In this document: piece after piece, positions 45,459-56,170 of the stretch
Position numbering within the stretch: position 1 is the stretch's first letter
Layout of the letters: each line of letters starts with the position of its first letter
Virus record (IMG/VR): IMGVR_UViG_3300009506_000011
Span: 20,187-84,186 of that record
Length of the DNA stretch: 64,000 nt
Reading direction: 5' to 3' (one strand)
Source of the DNA: a virus
Notes under the pieces: generated by a model
What the model saw: only the letters and a program-made list of their open reading frames with translations
Databases searched by the model: none
What the model was told of the DNA's origin: nothing
Made by a program: the position numbers and the translations under genes

Positions 45459-46834
45459 GCGACGCCGTGGCCAACCTGCCGCGGACTCCCTCGATTGCCG
45501 GTCGAGTGCCGCCCCATAACCTCGACGCCGAGGCGGCCGTGCTGTCAGCCTGCATGCTGTCTGGTGGCGCGCTTGACGATGTCATCCAGCTCGGCCTCAC
45601 CGGCAAGTTCTACTCGATCCCGAACGGCCTCATATGGGATGCCATCGTCGCCTGCTACGAGAAGGGGCAAGCCGTCGACATAGTGAACGTTGCCGCACGG
45701 CTCCGGGATCAGGAGGCGCTCGCCAAGGTGGGCGGCTCCAGGTATCTCGCGCAGCTCGTGGATGCGACGCCAGCGGTTACGCACATTGAGGACCACGCGC
45801 AGATCGTCCTGAAGAAAGCGCGCGTTCGGGACCTCATCCTGCATTGCCACCGGACGGCAGCGGAGGGTTACGGCACCCGAGACGAGGACGCCTTCTTTGA
45901 GGAGGCGGAAGCCGGCTTCGTCGCCACAGCTCGGGACCGCGAGCGCACCACCGTGAGACTCGGCGAATCGCTCAAAGACGCCTTCGACGAGCTGAGCGCG
46001 GCAGCTGAGCGCGGCGACAAGCTGACAGGTCTGCCCACCGGCTACCCGGACCTTGACAGGCTTCTAGCCGGATTGCACGCAGGCGATCACGTCGTCATTG
46101 CCGCCCGCCCCGGCATGGGCAAAACCGCGCTCGCGCTGAACATCGCCACCAACGTGGCATGGGGTCGCGGCCAGGGCAAAGCCGTCGCGCTTTTCTCGCT
46201 GGAGATGCCGCACAAGCAGATCTCAAAGCGGATGCTCTGCACCGAGGCTCGCGTGGACCTCAGCAAAGTCAGGTCAATGAACCTGTTTCAGGACGACTGG
46301 CAGGCGCTAACTGAGGCGTCGGCTTTGGTCGCACCACTGCCCATTTGGATCGACGACAAGCCTGGCATCACACTGCTCGACCTCCGGGCGAAGAGCCGCG
46401 CTATCAGACGAAAAGCGGAGCGCGAGGGATTCGAGCTGGCGCTCATCATTGTGGACTACCTCCAGCTCATGCGCGGCCGCGGTCACAACCGCGAGAATGA
46501 GATAAGCGAGATCTCGCGTGGCATGAAGGAGCTGGCGAAGGAGATGGGGCTGCCCGTCATCAGCCTGTCCCAGCTCAACCGCGAATGCGAAAAGCGCGGC
46601 AAGGACAAGCGGCCCATTCTGGCCGACCTCCGTGAATCCGGCGCCATCGAGCAGGATGCCGACGTCATCATCTTCATCTACCGGGACGAGTACTACAACC
46701 CCGAGACGACGGACGCCAGGGGTCTCGCGGAGCTTATCATAGCAAAGCAGCGCAACGGTCCTACGGGCAAGGTGCTGCTCCGCTACACCGGCGCCTACAC
46801 GCGCTTTGACACCCTCGCGCATGGTGGCATATGA
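45455..46834 (+). CDS. dnaB: Replicative DNA helicase
   Basis: PPHNLDAEAAVL, AARPGMGKT, IVDYLQL, SQLNR, DLRESGAIEQDAD, KQRNGPTG. Confidence 0.97.
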   Translation: MSDAVANLPRTPSIAGRVPPHNLDAEAAVLSACMLSGGALDDVIQLGLTGKFYSIPNGLIWDAIVACYEKGQAVDIVNVAARLRDQEALAKVGGSRYLAQLVDATPAVTHIEDHAQIVLKKARVRDLILHCHRTAAEGYGTRDEDAFFEEAEAGFVATARDRERTTVRLGESLKDAFDELSAAAERGDKLTGLPTGYPDLDRLLAGLHAGDHVVIAARPGMGKTALALNIATNVAWGRGQGKAVALFSLEMPHKQISKRMLCTEARVDLSKVRSMNLFQDDWQALTEASALVAPLPIWIDDKPGITLLDLRAKSRAIRRKAEREGFELALIIVDYLQLMRGRGHNRENEISEISRGMKELAKEMGLPVISLSQLNRECEKRGKDKRPILADLRESGAIEQDADVIIFIYRDEYYNPETTDARGLAELIIAKQRNGPTGKVLLRYTGAYTRFDTLAHGGI

Positions 46835-47417
46835 CGCAGCTAACGCTTTTCAGGGAGTACCGCCGCGAAGTCGCATTGATGGCGCCGCCGCGGCTGCGCC
46901 GGCTCGATAAGCCTCGCTTCGGTGTGGACGAGGCACAAGCTGCCGCTGACGCGTGGCGCTTCAACTGCGGCCCCGGCGCGCTATGCGGGGTGCTTGGCAT
47001 GACGCCGGATGAGCTGCGTCCGTACCTCGGGGACTTCGAGCGTCACGGCTACATGTCACCGACGCACATGTGGCAGGCGCTACGGCGGCTCCGCGCGCGG
47101 CACACGCGCCACATAGCCGGCCTGACCGAGCACTGGAAGCTGTCCCGGCTGCCGGTTTACGGCCTGGCTCGGGTGCAGTGGGGCGGACCGTGGTGCTTGC
47201 CAAGCGTCCCCGTGAAGGCGCGCACACCGAGACGCATTGGATCGGCTGCCGGCGTGAAGGCCCGGGCGTCGAGGTTTTTGACATCAACGCCATCTGCGAA
47301 GGCGGCTGGCTGCCGGCGCGGGAATGGTCCGAGCTGCTCGTGCCGTGGCTGCTGCAGGACAAGCCGCGCGCCGATGGGACGTGGTGGCTCAATGAAACGG
47401 CGGAGGTGAGGCTGTGA
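46831..47417 (+). pseudogene. Conserved-looking hypothetical protein with frameshift near 47222
   Basis: NCGPGAL..RVQWGGPWC..VKAR continues in another frame as HTETHWIG..VFDINA..W. Confidence 0.55.
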
Positions 47418-48129
47418 TTATCCTCGAAGAGAAGGACGCTGAAGCGGCACAAGGCATGCACGGCGGCGAGGTCTGTGAGGTGCGGCGGTGAGCGCAGACC
47501 TAGCAAGACGGATTGAGGAGCTGTCGCCACCGGACCAGCTCCGGCTGGCGGCTGAGCTGCTCGAAGAGCGGCGAGCAGATCTCGCTCTCCCCATCGTCCG
47601 GCGGATCGCGGAGGAGTTAGCGGTGGTGCTGCGGAGGCGCCGGTGAGCCGTCGTCGGCCGCTGCGAAAGCTGCCTTTGCGTCAGGCGTCGAGCTACCACC
47701 GGTGCATCGTCTGCCTGTGCGAGATCGGTGATGGGGTCGAGTACCGCGATGGTGGCTACCCGAGGCGAGCACATGTCGAGTGCGCCGAGCTGGTCGTCCT
47801 CGGGCAGAAACGCGAGCTGAGCAGAGACGACCTACGAGAGCTTGAGGAAGCTGAGGACGCCGTCAGCGAAGCCAAGGCCCAGGTGCATCGGGCAGAGCAG
47901 AACCTCCGCGCCGTCCGCGCCAAGCTGCTAGGCGCAACGCCATGAACCGCCGCCAAGCCAAGCGGCTCGCCCACCACATCGCAGCCGAGATCCTCTTCGC
48001 CCAGCTCGAGTCAGGCGAGCCTGATACCGACCGGTGGCCAGAGCTGTCGGAACGCGATATCGAGCGCGTGCGGGACGCGCTTGCTGAGCTGCACCGCTAC
48101 CACGGCGAGCTGTCGGACGGCGAGCTGCC

Positions 48130-48459
48130 ATGAACGCCGAGACGCAGCTGCAGCTCGCCATCCAGAAGGCGCTCGAGTGGCTGCCGGGCGTCAGGGTCTG
48201 GCGCTGCAACACCGGCGCCAGGAAGGGCGGGCGTCTCAAGTTCGGCCTCCGAGATCTGAGCGGCAACGTGGCAGGGACGCCGGACCTGATCGGCATCGCT
48301 TACGGCCGGCCGCTCGCGATCGAGGTGAAGCAGCCGGGGAACGAGCCCGAGCCTCATCAGGCCGTCTGGCTCGCTAGCTGGCGAGCTCTCGGCGGCATCG
48401 GCCTCGTCGTCCACAGCGTCTCGGGGGCGGTGAGGCTGGTGCAGGAGCAACGCCGTTGA
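48130..48459 (+). CDS. VRR-NUC domain nuclease
   Basis: ETQLQ..GTPDLIG..AIEVKQPG..Q..W. Confidence 0.88.
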   Translation: MNAETQLQLAIQKALEWLPGVRVWRCNTGARKGGRLKFGLRDLSGNVAGTPDLIGIAYGRPLAIEVKQPGNEPEPHQAVWLASWRALGGIGLVVHSVSGAVRLVQEQRR

Positions 48460-48491
48460 CTCGTAGGCTAGCAGCTGCTAGGATGCTAGCC
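48456..48491 (+). promoter_or_regulatory. Leaderless promoter with GCTAG boxes
   Basis: TTGACT-N17-TAGGAT-N7-ATG (48492). Confidence 0.65.
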
Positions 48492-50380
48492 ATGATGGTC
48501 CACGAGGATGAGGATGACGAACCGGCGCGGCTCTGCAGCGGCTATTTTCAGAAGCCATATCCTCCGGAGGTGCCGAGATTGGGACCCTGGACAGTCGGTC
48601 AGCGCGTCGTCAACCTGCGTCCGCTGGGTGACATAGTGGCGTTCAAGGGTGCCGTGGGCACGGTGCAGACCATCCTGGACCTCGGAGACGGCATGCTGCG
48701 GCTCTTCGTCGCCTACCCGAAGCTGTACGAGGGCCAGCCCCAGATTGACTACCTGCTCCGGGTGAACGAGCGTTCGACTTTCGTGGCACCGGTCGGAGGT
48801 TGGCCGGCGGAGCTTGAAACGTGAGCGATCTGCCTCATCCCAGGGGATACATCGTCGTCCGTCCGCTGCCCGGTGAGCGGCGGCAGCGCCTGGTCAAGGT
48901 TCGCTGCGAGGTCTGCCAGGAAGCAGCGCCGGCGCCGGATGGTCGGCTGCCCGAGGGTTGGGTGCGGGGGTCGCGGCGCGCCGCGGCGCGCTGTCCAACC
49001 TGTGAGCAGCGCGGTTTGCTGCTGGGGAGGAAGCCGTGACCGAGCGGCCCCAAGTGTTTTGGCGCATCAACGGCTTGCCGCCGGTCCACGAGGCGGCGAT
49101 GCTTCGGCTATTGCGAGGTGAAGGCACAGTGCCGCTCGATGTGCCGCTCGATGTGCTGTCCCACGACTTCGACATGCTCGTTGAGCCAGAGGAGTGCGTC
49201 GACTGCGGCGTCCAGCTCCTCCGAGGCGAGCTGGTCTACCAGCGGCCGCTCGAGGGCTGGATCCCCATCCGCGTTGGTCGCGGCGTTGCGCTGAGGCGGC
49301 CCCGCGCGTGGCTTGGCGGGGTGGCCTTCCCAGGCGTCACAGAGACGGTCTGCGGCTCATGCGCCGCTGCCGAGCTGCTGCCGCGGTACGACGAGCAGGA
49401 GCGCCAGCGCATCGTCGCCAGCGCGCGAGCGACCCTTTCCCGGTCGTGTTGCAATGCGCGAGTCGTGGTCAACGGTATCACCTGGAAAGCGACCGTGCGG
49501 CTTGACCAGGCGGAGTGGCTGATTGCCGCCGTCAGCCAGACCGAGGTGCTGCCGGGTTGCCACCTGTTCGGCTTCGCGCGGTGGACGCCGGACGGTGCTG
49601 AGCTGGACGTAGCAGGCTTGTCTCAGCCGGTGCGGCTCGCACTTGAGCGGGAGCTTGGCTCGAGCTGGAGGTGAGGTGATAAGCGGCTCACGAGCTTGGT
49701 GTGACGGTTGCCGATGCCAGGGCGCTGTGCCGGAGAGCGCGACCGAACCTGATGGCTGGACATGGGCGGACCTAGGCGGCTTCCTACAGGCGCTCTTTTG
49801 CCGATCGTGCTCCAAGGACGGCCGGCTGGGCATGCAGCTGCTGCGCGAAACCGACGCGTGCAAGCGCTGCGGCGGCAGCGGATATCAGCACGCGGTCCTG
49901 TCCACGAATAGCCACCGGTGCGGCTCGTGCGACGGCTCGGGCAGGAAAGCGGCATGAACCAGGACACGGACTTTGCCGCACTCGGAGTCGCGGCCGCGCT
50001 GCTCAGCTTGGTCGGGGATTTGCCGCAAGAGACGGACGAGGAGAAGCGGCTCAAGGCCGTGGCAGCTGACGCGCTCGAGGTCTTCGGCCTAGATCGCGAG
50101 CCGTCCGTCAGCCTCGGCGCGCTCATCGCCCGGGACATCCGCATCGCCCAGGCCAACGTAGCTGGCGTCGAGTGGCACGTCGCCGTGCTCACAGGCGACG
50201 CGGCTCGCGAGCTGGACGCCTGCGGCATCGTCGCGATCGACCGAGCCTATGCGGAGATCACCAAGGGACGGCTGCAGGTCGACGTGTCTCGGTCGAGCGG
50301 CTGTCCGATTGCTCTTGTGGCGGAGGGCGTGCCAGCGGTCGTGCTGCGCGCTCTGGCCAAGGCACTGCGTGGGGAGATCA

Positions 50381-51118
50381 ATGCCAAGACCCAGACGTAG
50401 GCGTTGCGGGGAGTGCAAGAAGCCGCTGCCGGTGGACGCGCACTGGAACCGGAAGTTCTGCCCGCCGTGCCGAAAGCAGCGAGACCGCCGACACAAGCGC
50501 CTGCCACCGGCAGTCCGCCCATCCGGGTTTCACACCCTCTGCACTGAATCGCGGATCGCTCAGCTGGAGTACGCCGCGTCCCTCGGTGGCTACCTGCGGA
50601 CCTGCGCCGGCAAGGTGGGGATCAGCGAGCGAGCGCTTCAGCGATGGCTGCAGCGTGGCTACGATGCGATGGTAGACGCCGGCATCGACCCCGACGAGCC
50701 CCCGGACGATGCGGAGAAGCTGGTGAAGGAGACGGAGCGTCCCTTCGTACGCCTCCGCCGTCGCTTCATGCGCGCGCGCGAGCAGGGTGCTCTCGTCTTG
50801 CTGCAGTCGCTCAACAAGTGCGGCATCGGCGGCCCCGTCTACGCTCCGGATCCCAACGCGCCGAAGCCCGAGGAGTACGAGGAGATCGTCCAGACGCTGG
50901 CCGCCGCCGGCCGCTCCGACCTCATCCCTATCCTCCGCCGTCCGGAGCAGAAGCAGGTCGGCTTCGTCGAGCCGGACGCACGCGCGGCGGCGAAGGCGCT
51001 GGCGCTCAGCCACGGCTACACCGAGAAGCAGCAGGTAGAGCTCTCAGGGAAGGTCGAAGGGACGGCCGCGCCGTCGCTCATGATCTTCTACCCCCCCGAA
51101 GACACCGACGACGAGTGA
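50381..51118 (+). CDS. Zn-finger plus HTH protein, probable terminase small subunit
   Basis: CGEC..FCPPC; CAGKVGISERALQRWL; DARAA..QQVELSG. Confidence 0.6.
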   Translation: MPRPRRRRCGECKKPLPVDAHWNRKFCPPCRKQRDRRHKRLPPAVRPSGFHTLCTESRIAQLEYAASLGGYLRTCAGKVGISERALQRWLQRGYDAMVDAGIDPDEPPDDAEKLVKETERPFVRLRRRFMRAREQGALVLLQSLNKCGIGGPVYAPDPNAPKPEEYEEIVQTLAAAGRSDLIPILRRPEQKQVGFVEPDARAAAKALALSHGYTEKQQVELSGKVEGTAAPSLMIFYPPEDTDDE

Positions 51119-51144
51119 GGCTGTCAATAGCGGAGTTTTGCGAC

Positions 51145-51909
51145 ATGAGCGATGGTGACGATATCGCAGGAGAAAAAACGACAGGTATGACATTGTCTGG
51201 CAGCGAGCTGCTGCAAACCGCCCAGAACGCTGGCATCGACGTGGACAGCTACCGCGTGCCGCCGCCGGCCTTGAGGACGGTGCCGACGGACCGCCTCGAC
51301 GAGCTACGCGCTTTCGCCGCGGCGCTGGAGCAGAATGGCGACCGCACGCTGGTGACGCCCGTGGCGTGCGAGGAGCACGGCGTCTACATGACAGGTTGGG
51401 GGTGGCATGGCAGCTGTCCGCGCTGCAGCGAGCAGCCGGAGCCGCTGATGGAGCTGCTGGAGGATCCCCTGTGCTGGCCCGGCCATGGCTTCTACTGGGT
51501 GGACTGGCGCGGACCTCGCGGCCAGTGGGTTTTCGGCGAGAGCTACCCGGTCCGCCGGCAGTACTTCGCGCGCCTCGCGGAGCTGCTCCCTGACATGGAT
51601 CCCGGAGAGGTGATCTTGGAGGCTGCAGCGAAGGAGATCGAGCGACTGCGCGCAGGCACGGACAACCTCCGCCAGCTGCTCCGCCTCGCCGTGCTGCGGA
51701 TGCGTGAGGCGGCGGACCAGTGGGATCGCTGGGAGCGTGACTCCGCGCTGGCGCCGCTAGCGCTCGACCAGGAGGTGGACGACGCGATGAACGAGCTGAT
51801 CCGCGCCGTCCGCTTCCAGCTGCCCGCCGCGGACGACTTGCTGCCGGCGCGCAGTGTCGAGCTGCCGGTTCGCAAGGCACTTCCGGAGGAGGCTTGCAGG
51901 CCAGCCTAG
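51145..51909 (+). CDS. Hypothetical protein
   Basis: Protein-like ORF; start uncertain. Confidence 0.5.
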   Translation: MSDGDDIAGEKTTGMTLSGSELLQTAQNAGIDVDSYRVPPPALRTVPTDRLDELRAFAAALEQNGDRTLVTPVACEEHGVYMTGWGWHGSCPRCSEQPEPLMELLEDPLCWPGHGFYWVDWRGPRGQWVFGESYPVRRQYFARLAELLPDMDPGEVILEAAAKEIERLRAGTDNLRQLLRLAVLRMREAADQWDRWERDSALAPLALDQEVDDAMNELIRAVRFQLPAADDLLPARSVELPVRKALPEEACRPA

Positions 51910-53048
51910 CCAACGACCGGCTCGGCTCGGCCAACAGCGACCACGTGCCGCTGCCGGTGCCTACGCAGCCGCGCGAGCACCGCAACCGCCGCGTCCACCG
52001 AATCCCGCACAAGACCATCTCCGTCGCGGAGCTACGCCGCTGGCGCGAGCTGGGCATCGGCTGGGCGACCATCGCCACGAGCCGCGGCCGCCGGCTCGCT
52101 CAACCCCGTGCCTGGGTCTGGGTCGACGAGGTGGAGCCAGACGACTACCAGCTGCTCGAGGACCACCGGCCAAAGTGCCGCGCCGACTGCCGGGACAACG
52201 GTTTGCGTCCTTGCCCCTTCGTCAGCTGCCGGCACAACCTCTACCTCGACGTCTGCGAGGACGGAGCCATCGAGCTGACGCGGCCGGAGCTTGAGCCGGG
52301 CGAGATGGAGTACAGCTGCGTGCTCGACCTCGTAGACGGCCTCGTTGGCGGGCTGGACGCGAAGCGGTCCGAGGACGCGGACGGCCCCGTCTGGAGCTTC
52401 ACGCTCGAGCCCGTGGGCGTGGCGATCAACCTGACCCGGGAGCGAGCGCGTCAGATCGAGAAGGAGGCAGAGGCAAAACTGTTCGTGATGCGTGGCCTGC
52501 CCCGGCCCGAGGGTGACGAGTGGCAGGAGGAAAGGAGCGTCTGTAAGTTGGCAAGGCTACAGCTGTTTATGTCGGAAACTGGGGCGAAGGCGCAGATCGT
52601 CCACGCGCCCGGTCAAGGCACGGGTCCGCGTCTGGACATGACCTGCAGCAAGTGCGGTAAGAGCGGCACACGGTGGTTCCAGGGCTGGACGCTGCTTGAG
52701 ATCCGCGTCATGGCAGGCGTCATCTGCAGCCAGCCGTCGGAGTGCTGCGGCGCACCCATCACCAGCCGGCTGGATGGCATGCCGGCAGCGCTCAACCGGC
52801 GGTACGTCTGCCGGGACCGGGACCGGCGCACGCAGATCACCGAAGCGCTCCGGCAGGCCGGCGCTGACGGTCTCAGCCTGCGGCAGCTGTGCAAGCGGGT
52901 TCCCGGCCGCTGGGCGGAGATCGCGAAGCAGGCGAACAAGCTGGCGGCAGATCGCAAGAGCCACGTCCAGCGCCGCTCGCGAGCGCCGGGCGAGCCGGAG
53001 AGATTTTTCTGCACGTTGCCGGCAACGGCGGCAGCGCTTGCTACTTGA
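51894..53048 (+). CDS. Sigma70 region-4-like DNA-binding protein with Cys-rich domain and C-terminal wHTH
   Basis: RPCPFVSCRHNLYLD..SCVLD..TLEPVG..NLTRERARQIE..A..KL. Confidence 0.7.
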   Translation: MQASLANDRLGSANSDHVPLPVPTQPREHRNRRVHRIPHKTISVAELRRWRELGIGWATIATSRGRRLAQPRAWVWVDEVEPDDYQLLEDHRPKCRADCRDNGLRPCPFVSCRHNLYLDVCEDGAIELTRPELEPGEMEYSCVLDLVDGLVGGLDAKRSEDADGPVWSFTLEPVGVAINLTRERARQIEKEAEAKLFVMRGLPRPEGDEWQEERSVCKLARLQLFMSETGAKAQIVHAPGQGTGPRLDMTCSKCGKSGTRWFQGWTLLEIRVMAGVICSQPSECCGAPITSRLDGMPAALNRRYVCRDRDRRTQITEALRQAGADGLSLRQLCKRVPGRWAEIAKQANKLAADRKSHVQRRSRAPGEPERFFCTLPATAAALAT

Positions 53049-53379
53049 CTAGTGGACGGCGTTGAGCGAGGATAGGTCATGCACGAAGATCTCAAAGCCA
53101 ACGCTGCGGCCATGCGGTCGTGGCTCAAAGTACCAGAAGGCGACCGCGAGGCCATCGCTGCCGCCTTGCCGGGCGATACCGACGCCCAGCATCGTCGAGG
53201 TGCTGGAGTCGAACGAACTGCACGACATTGGCACCCTGCACCCGAGCGTGCGGGGACCGCTCCTGCGGCAGGTCCGTGATGAGGCGCGGGTGCCAGACAG
53301 CTGGCGCGAGAGACCCCCCTATCGCCACCCGGCTGGACGCGAGGCTAGCGAAAGCCCTGCTAGCGTGCTAGCATGAGGC

Positions 53380-53784
53380 ATGTTCCTGCACGAGATGACG
53401 GTCCCGGAGCGGCTCGAGAGCATCGTCCGCATTGCCAGACGCCTAGCCAGGGCGCCGGCGCATGCCGCTTTCGTGACTGAGCGGCCGGATCTGGTGGTCG
53501 GTTGCCGAGGTAAGCCGGTCAAAGCACGCGGCACCTACATCGTCCTGGAAGTGACAGCGCCAGAGGGACGCTCATCGCCGGACGGCAGCCCCAACATGTG
53601 GAAGCTGGGGTTCGATGGTGAGCGGAAACACGCCGAGGACGTGCTGACCTACACGATGCTGCTGAGCCTCGCGCATGACGCCAACGTGTGCCCCCGGTGC
53701 CATGCGTGTTTGACGCGGCGGAAAGGCCCCGGGCTGCAGCGCTACAGCTGCGGCTGCGGCATGCAGGTCGTCGAGCGGACGTGA
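53380..53784 (+). CDS. Hypothetical Zn-ribbon protein preceded by a GCTAGCGTGCTAG box
   Basis: CPRC..CGC; 13-mer at 53359-53371. Confidence 0.55.
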   Translation: MFLHEMTVPERLESIVRIARRLARAPAHAAFVTERPDLVVGCRGKPVKARGTYIVLEVTAPEGRSSPDGSPNMWKLGFDGERKHAEDVLTYTMLLSLAHDANVCPRCHACLTRRKGPGLQRYSCGCGMQVVERT

Positions 53785-54028
53785 GACAAGCCATGATCAA
53801 CACTGCCTGGGCCTCGCCGTCGGCCTTATGTGGTCGCCGAGTTCAAGAACGGTACCGTTGTCTTGGACGACGGCTCGCTGGTCCCGGCTGGTTGCTCCTG
53901 GGAACCGCCACCCTCACCACCGCTGCCGCCACTACCGCCGGGTCCGCGGTGGTGGGAGCAAATTCGTGGGACGAGACGCCGTCGGTCGCCGAGCCGCCAG
54001 GTAGGCTTGGAGGCAACGCCGAGGGTAC

Positions 54029-55540
54029 GTGATGGCCGCGCCGGCGCAAGCCGACTTCGGCGCCTGGCGCAAGGAGCCGCCCCGGAGCAAGCAGCTCGTA
54101 GAGGTCGGCCAGGAGCAGTTTCAGGCGTGGGTGCCACATCCCGGCCCGCAGCGGATGTTCCTTGCCTGCACGGCGGACGAGGCGCTTTTCGGCGGCGCTG
54201 CCGGCCCCGGAAAAAGCGAGTGTCTTCTGATAGATGCGCTCAAGCACACCCATCATCCGCGCTACCAGGCGCTGCTGCTGCGCCGGACCTACGACGAGCT
54301 CAAGAAGAGCCTCATCCGGCAAAGCGAGGCGCTCTACGACAGGCTGCCAGAAGCGAACCGGCCCACCTACAACAAGAGCGATTACTCGTGGACCTTTCCG
54401 AGCGGAGCCCGGATCGACTTCGCCCACGTCGAGCACGAGAAGGACATCGAGCGCTTCAAGTCGGCGGCCTACCAGTACGTGGCGCTCGACGAGCTGACGA
54501 CCTTCACGCGCCGCCAGTGGGACTACATCAGGAGCCGTCTGCGCTCCGCCGAGGGCATCCCGTGCCGGCTCCGAGCCGGCAGCAACCCAGACGGCCCTGG
54601 ACAGGAGTGGGTGCGGAAGCGATTCGCCCCCTGGATCTACAAGCCAGGCGAGCGGACGGACGAGTACCGCGGCCCCTACGCCAAGCCGGGGCAGAAGCTC
54701 TGGCTCATCCGCGGCGAGGACGACGAGGACGTCGTCGTCCCGAAGGGCACGCCGCACGCCATGAGCCGGACCTACATCCCGGCGCTGCTCACCGACAACC
54801 CAAGCCTCACAGAGAACGACCCTGACTACATCAGCCGCCTCATGCAGCTGGACCGGCCTACACGCGAGGCGCTGCTCAAGGGCAACTGGTTCGCCCGCGC
54901 CGACGCCGGCGACCTCTTCGACCGTGACTGGTTCGAGATCGTGCCGCGCGGCCCTGAGAGCCTCGCCGTCGCTCGCGTCCGCTGGTGGGACCGCGCCGCC
55001 ACCGAGGGTGAGAAGAAGACCAAGAACGACCCAACGAAGGCCGGCGGGCCAGACTGGACGGCGGGGGTGCTGCTCTCCAAGGACCTGTTCGGCATCTGCT
55101 ATGTCGAGGACGTGGAGCGCTTCCAGGGGCCGCCCCACGTTGTGGAGAGGCGCATCGCTGAGGTTGCCGCCGCAGACAAGAAGCGCTACGGCCACGTCAC
55201 CATCGTGCTGGCTGAGGACCCCGGTTCGTCGGGCAAGTTCGAGATCTCCCACTACATGCGCAAGGTGCTCAACCAGTACGAGGCGAGGTCGATCAAGGAG
55301 TCAGGGGACAAGGTGACGCGCGCCAAGCCCGTCTCGGCGCAGGCTGAGCAAGGCAACGTCAAGGTGGTCCAGGGGCCCTGGAATGAAGTATTCCTGCGAG
55401 AAGTGAACAGCTTCCCCCTCGGCAAGAAGGACCAGGTTGACGGTCTCAGCGGCGCCTACTCCGTGGTCGCGCCGGTCGAAGGCAGCTTCGGCGGTGGCAC
55501 GGGCGGCAGCTACGCCTCCGGCCAGACGGGAGGCTACTGA
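54029..55540 (+). CDS. terL: Terminase large subunit
   Basis: FGGAAGPGKS, LDELTTF, SNPDGPG, WDRAA, GDKVTRA, KDQVD. Confidence 0.93.
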   Translation: MMAAPAQADFGAWRKEPPRSKQLVEVGQEQFQAWVPHPGPQRMFLACTADEALFGGAAGPGKSECLLIDALKHTHHPRYQALLLRRTYDELKKSLIRQSEALYDRLPEANRPTYNKSDYSWTFPSGARIDFAHVEHEKDIERFKSAAYQYVALDELTTFTRRQWDYIRSRLRSAEGIPCRLRAGSNPDGPGQEWVRKRFAPWIYKPGERTDEYRGPYAKPGQKLWLIRGEDDEDVVVPKGTPHAMSRTYIPALLTDNPSLTENDPDYISRLMQLDRPTREALLKGNWFARADAGDLFDRDWFEIVPRGPESLAVARVRWWDRAATEGEKKTKNDPTKAGGPDWTAGVLLSKDLFGICYVEDVERFQGPPHVVERRIAEVAAADKKRYGHVTIVLAEDPGSSGKFEISHYMRKVLNQYEARSIKESGDKVTRAKPVSAQAEQGNVKVVQGPWNEVFLREVNSFPLGKKDQVDGLSGAYSVVAPVEGSFGGGTGGSYASGQTGGY

Positions 55541-55852
55541 GATGATGGTCTTCGACGCGGCCAGAGGCACGATGGGCGCGATGGTGCCAGCGAAGGAGCT
55601 TCTCGCTCGCCGGACGCGCGACCTCTTCGCTTTCTGTGTCCTCTACGGCCGAGCCGCGGCTGGCGTCGCGCGCGATGAGCTGCGCGAGCTGCGCCGGTGT
55701 GCCAGGGGTCTCGGCTCCGCTCAAGCAGCGGCCAAGCTGGCAAGTCTGCGAGCGGACGCCGCTCTGCAGGCCGAGGCGCGCAGGTTCGACCACGCGGTCG
55801 ACTTCGACGTGGCTTTTGAGCGTCACGCGAACCGACGCGCGATCATGGGGTT

Positions 55853-56170
55853 GTGATGGTCACCGTGGACGAAGCCGTCTCGGCGCTGAACACGATGCTT
55901 GAGGCCGATCCCGATGCGATATCGGCACTCGTGCACAAGCGAGTGCCTTGCAACGAGCGGCTCGCCGACCACCCCACCTGCCAGGTGGGCGGTGGCGACG
56001 ATGGGCCATGGATCGTTGGCTTGCTCGGCGTCCTGAACGGGATTTTCGGACGCGCGAACGGCGCCGGTCACATCGCTGCCCTAGTCGACCCCGATGTCCT
56101 AACGCAACGCCTCGGCGAAGAGCCGAAGCCGTCGATAGGTCGCGTAATCCGCTTCGTGAGGAATGGCTGA
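55853..56170 (+). CDS. Conserved phage hypothetical protein
   Basis: RVPCNERLADHPTCQV..VGLLGVLNG. Confidence 0.65.
   Translation: MMVTVDEAVSALNTMLEADPDAISALVHKRVPCNERLADHPTCQVGGGDDGPWIVGLLGVLNGIFGRANGAGHIAALVDPDVLTQRLGEEPKPSIGRVIRFVRNG

Noticed and set aside
2135-55252. Long antisense or alternate-frame ORFs (e.g. 2135-3340 -, 16897-18267 -, 38289-39305 +, 53843-55252 -)
   Set aside because: Shadow ORFs of real genes caused by high GC; no recognisable motifs.
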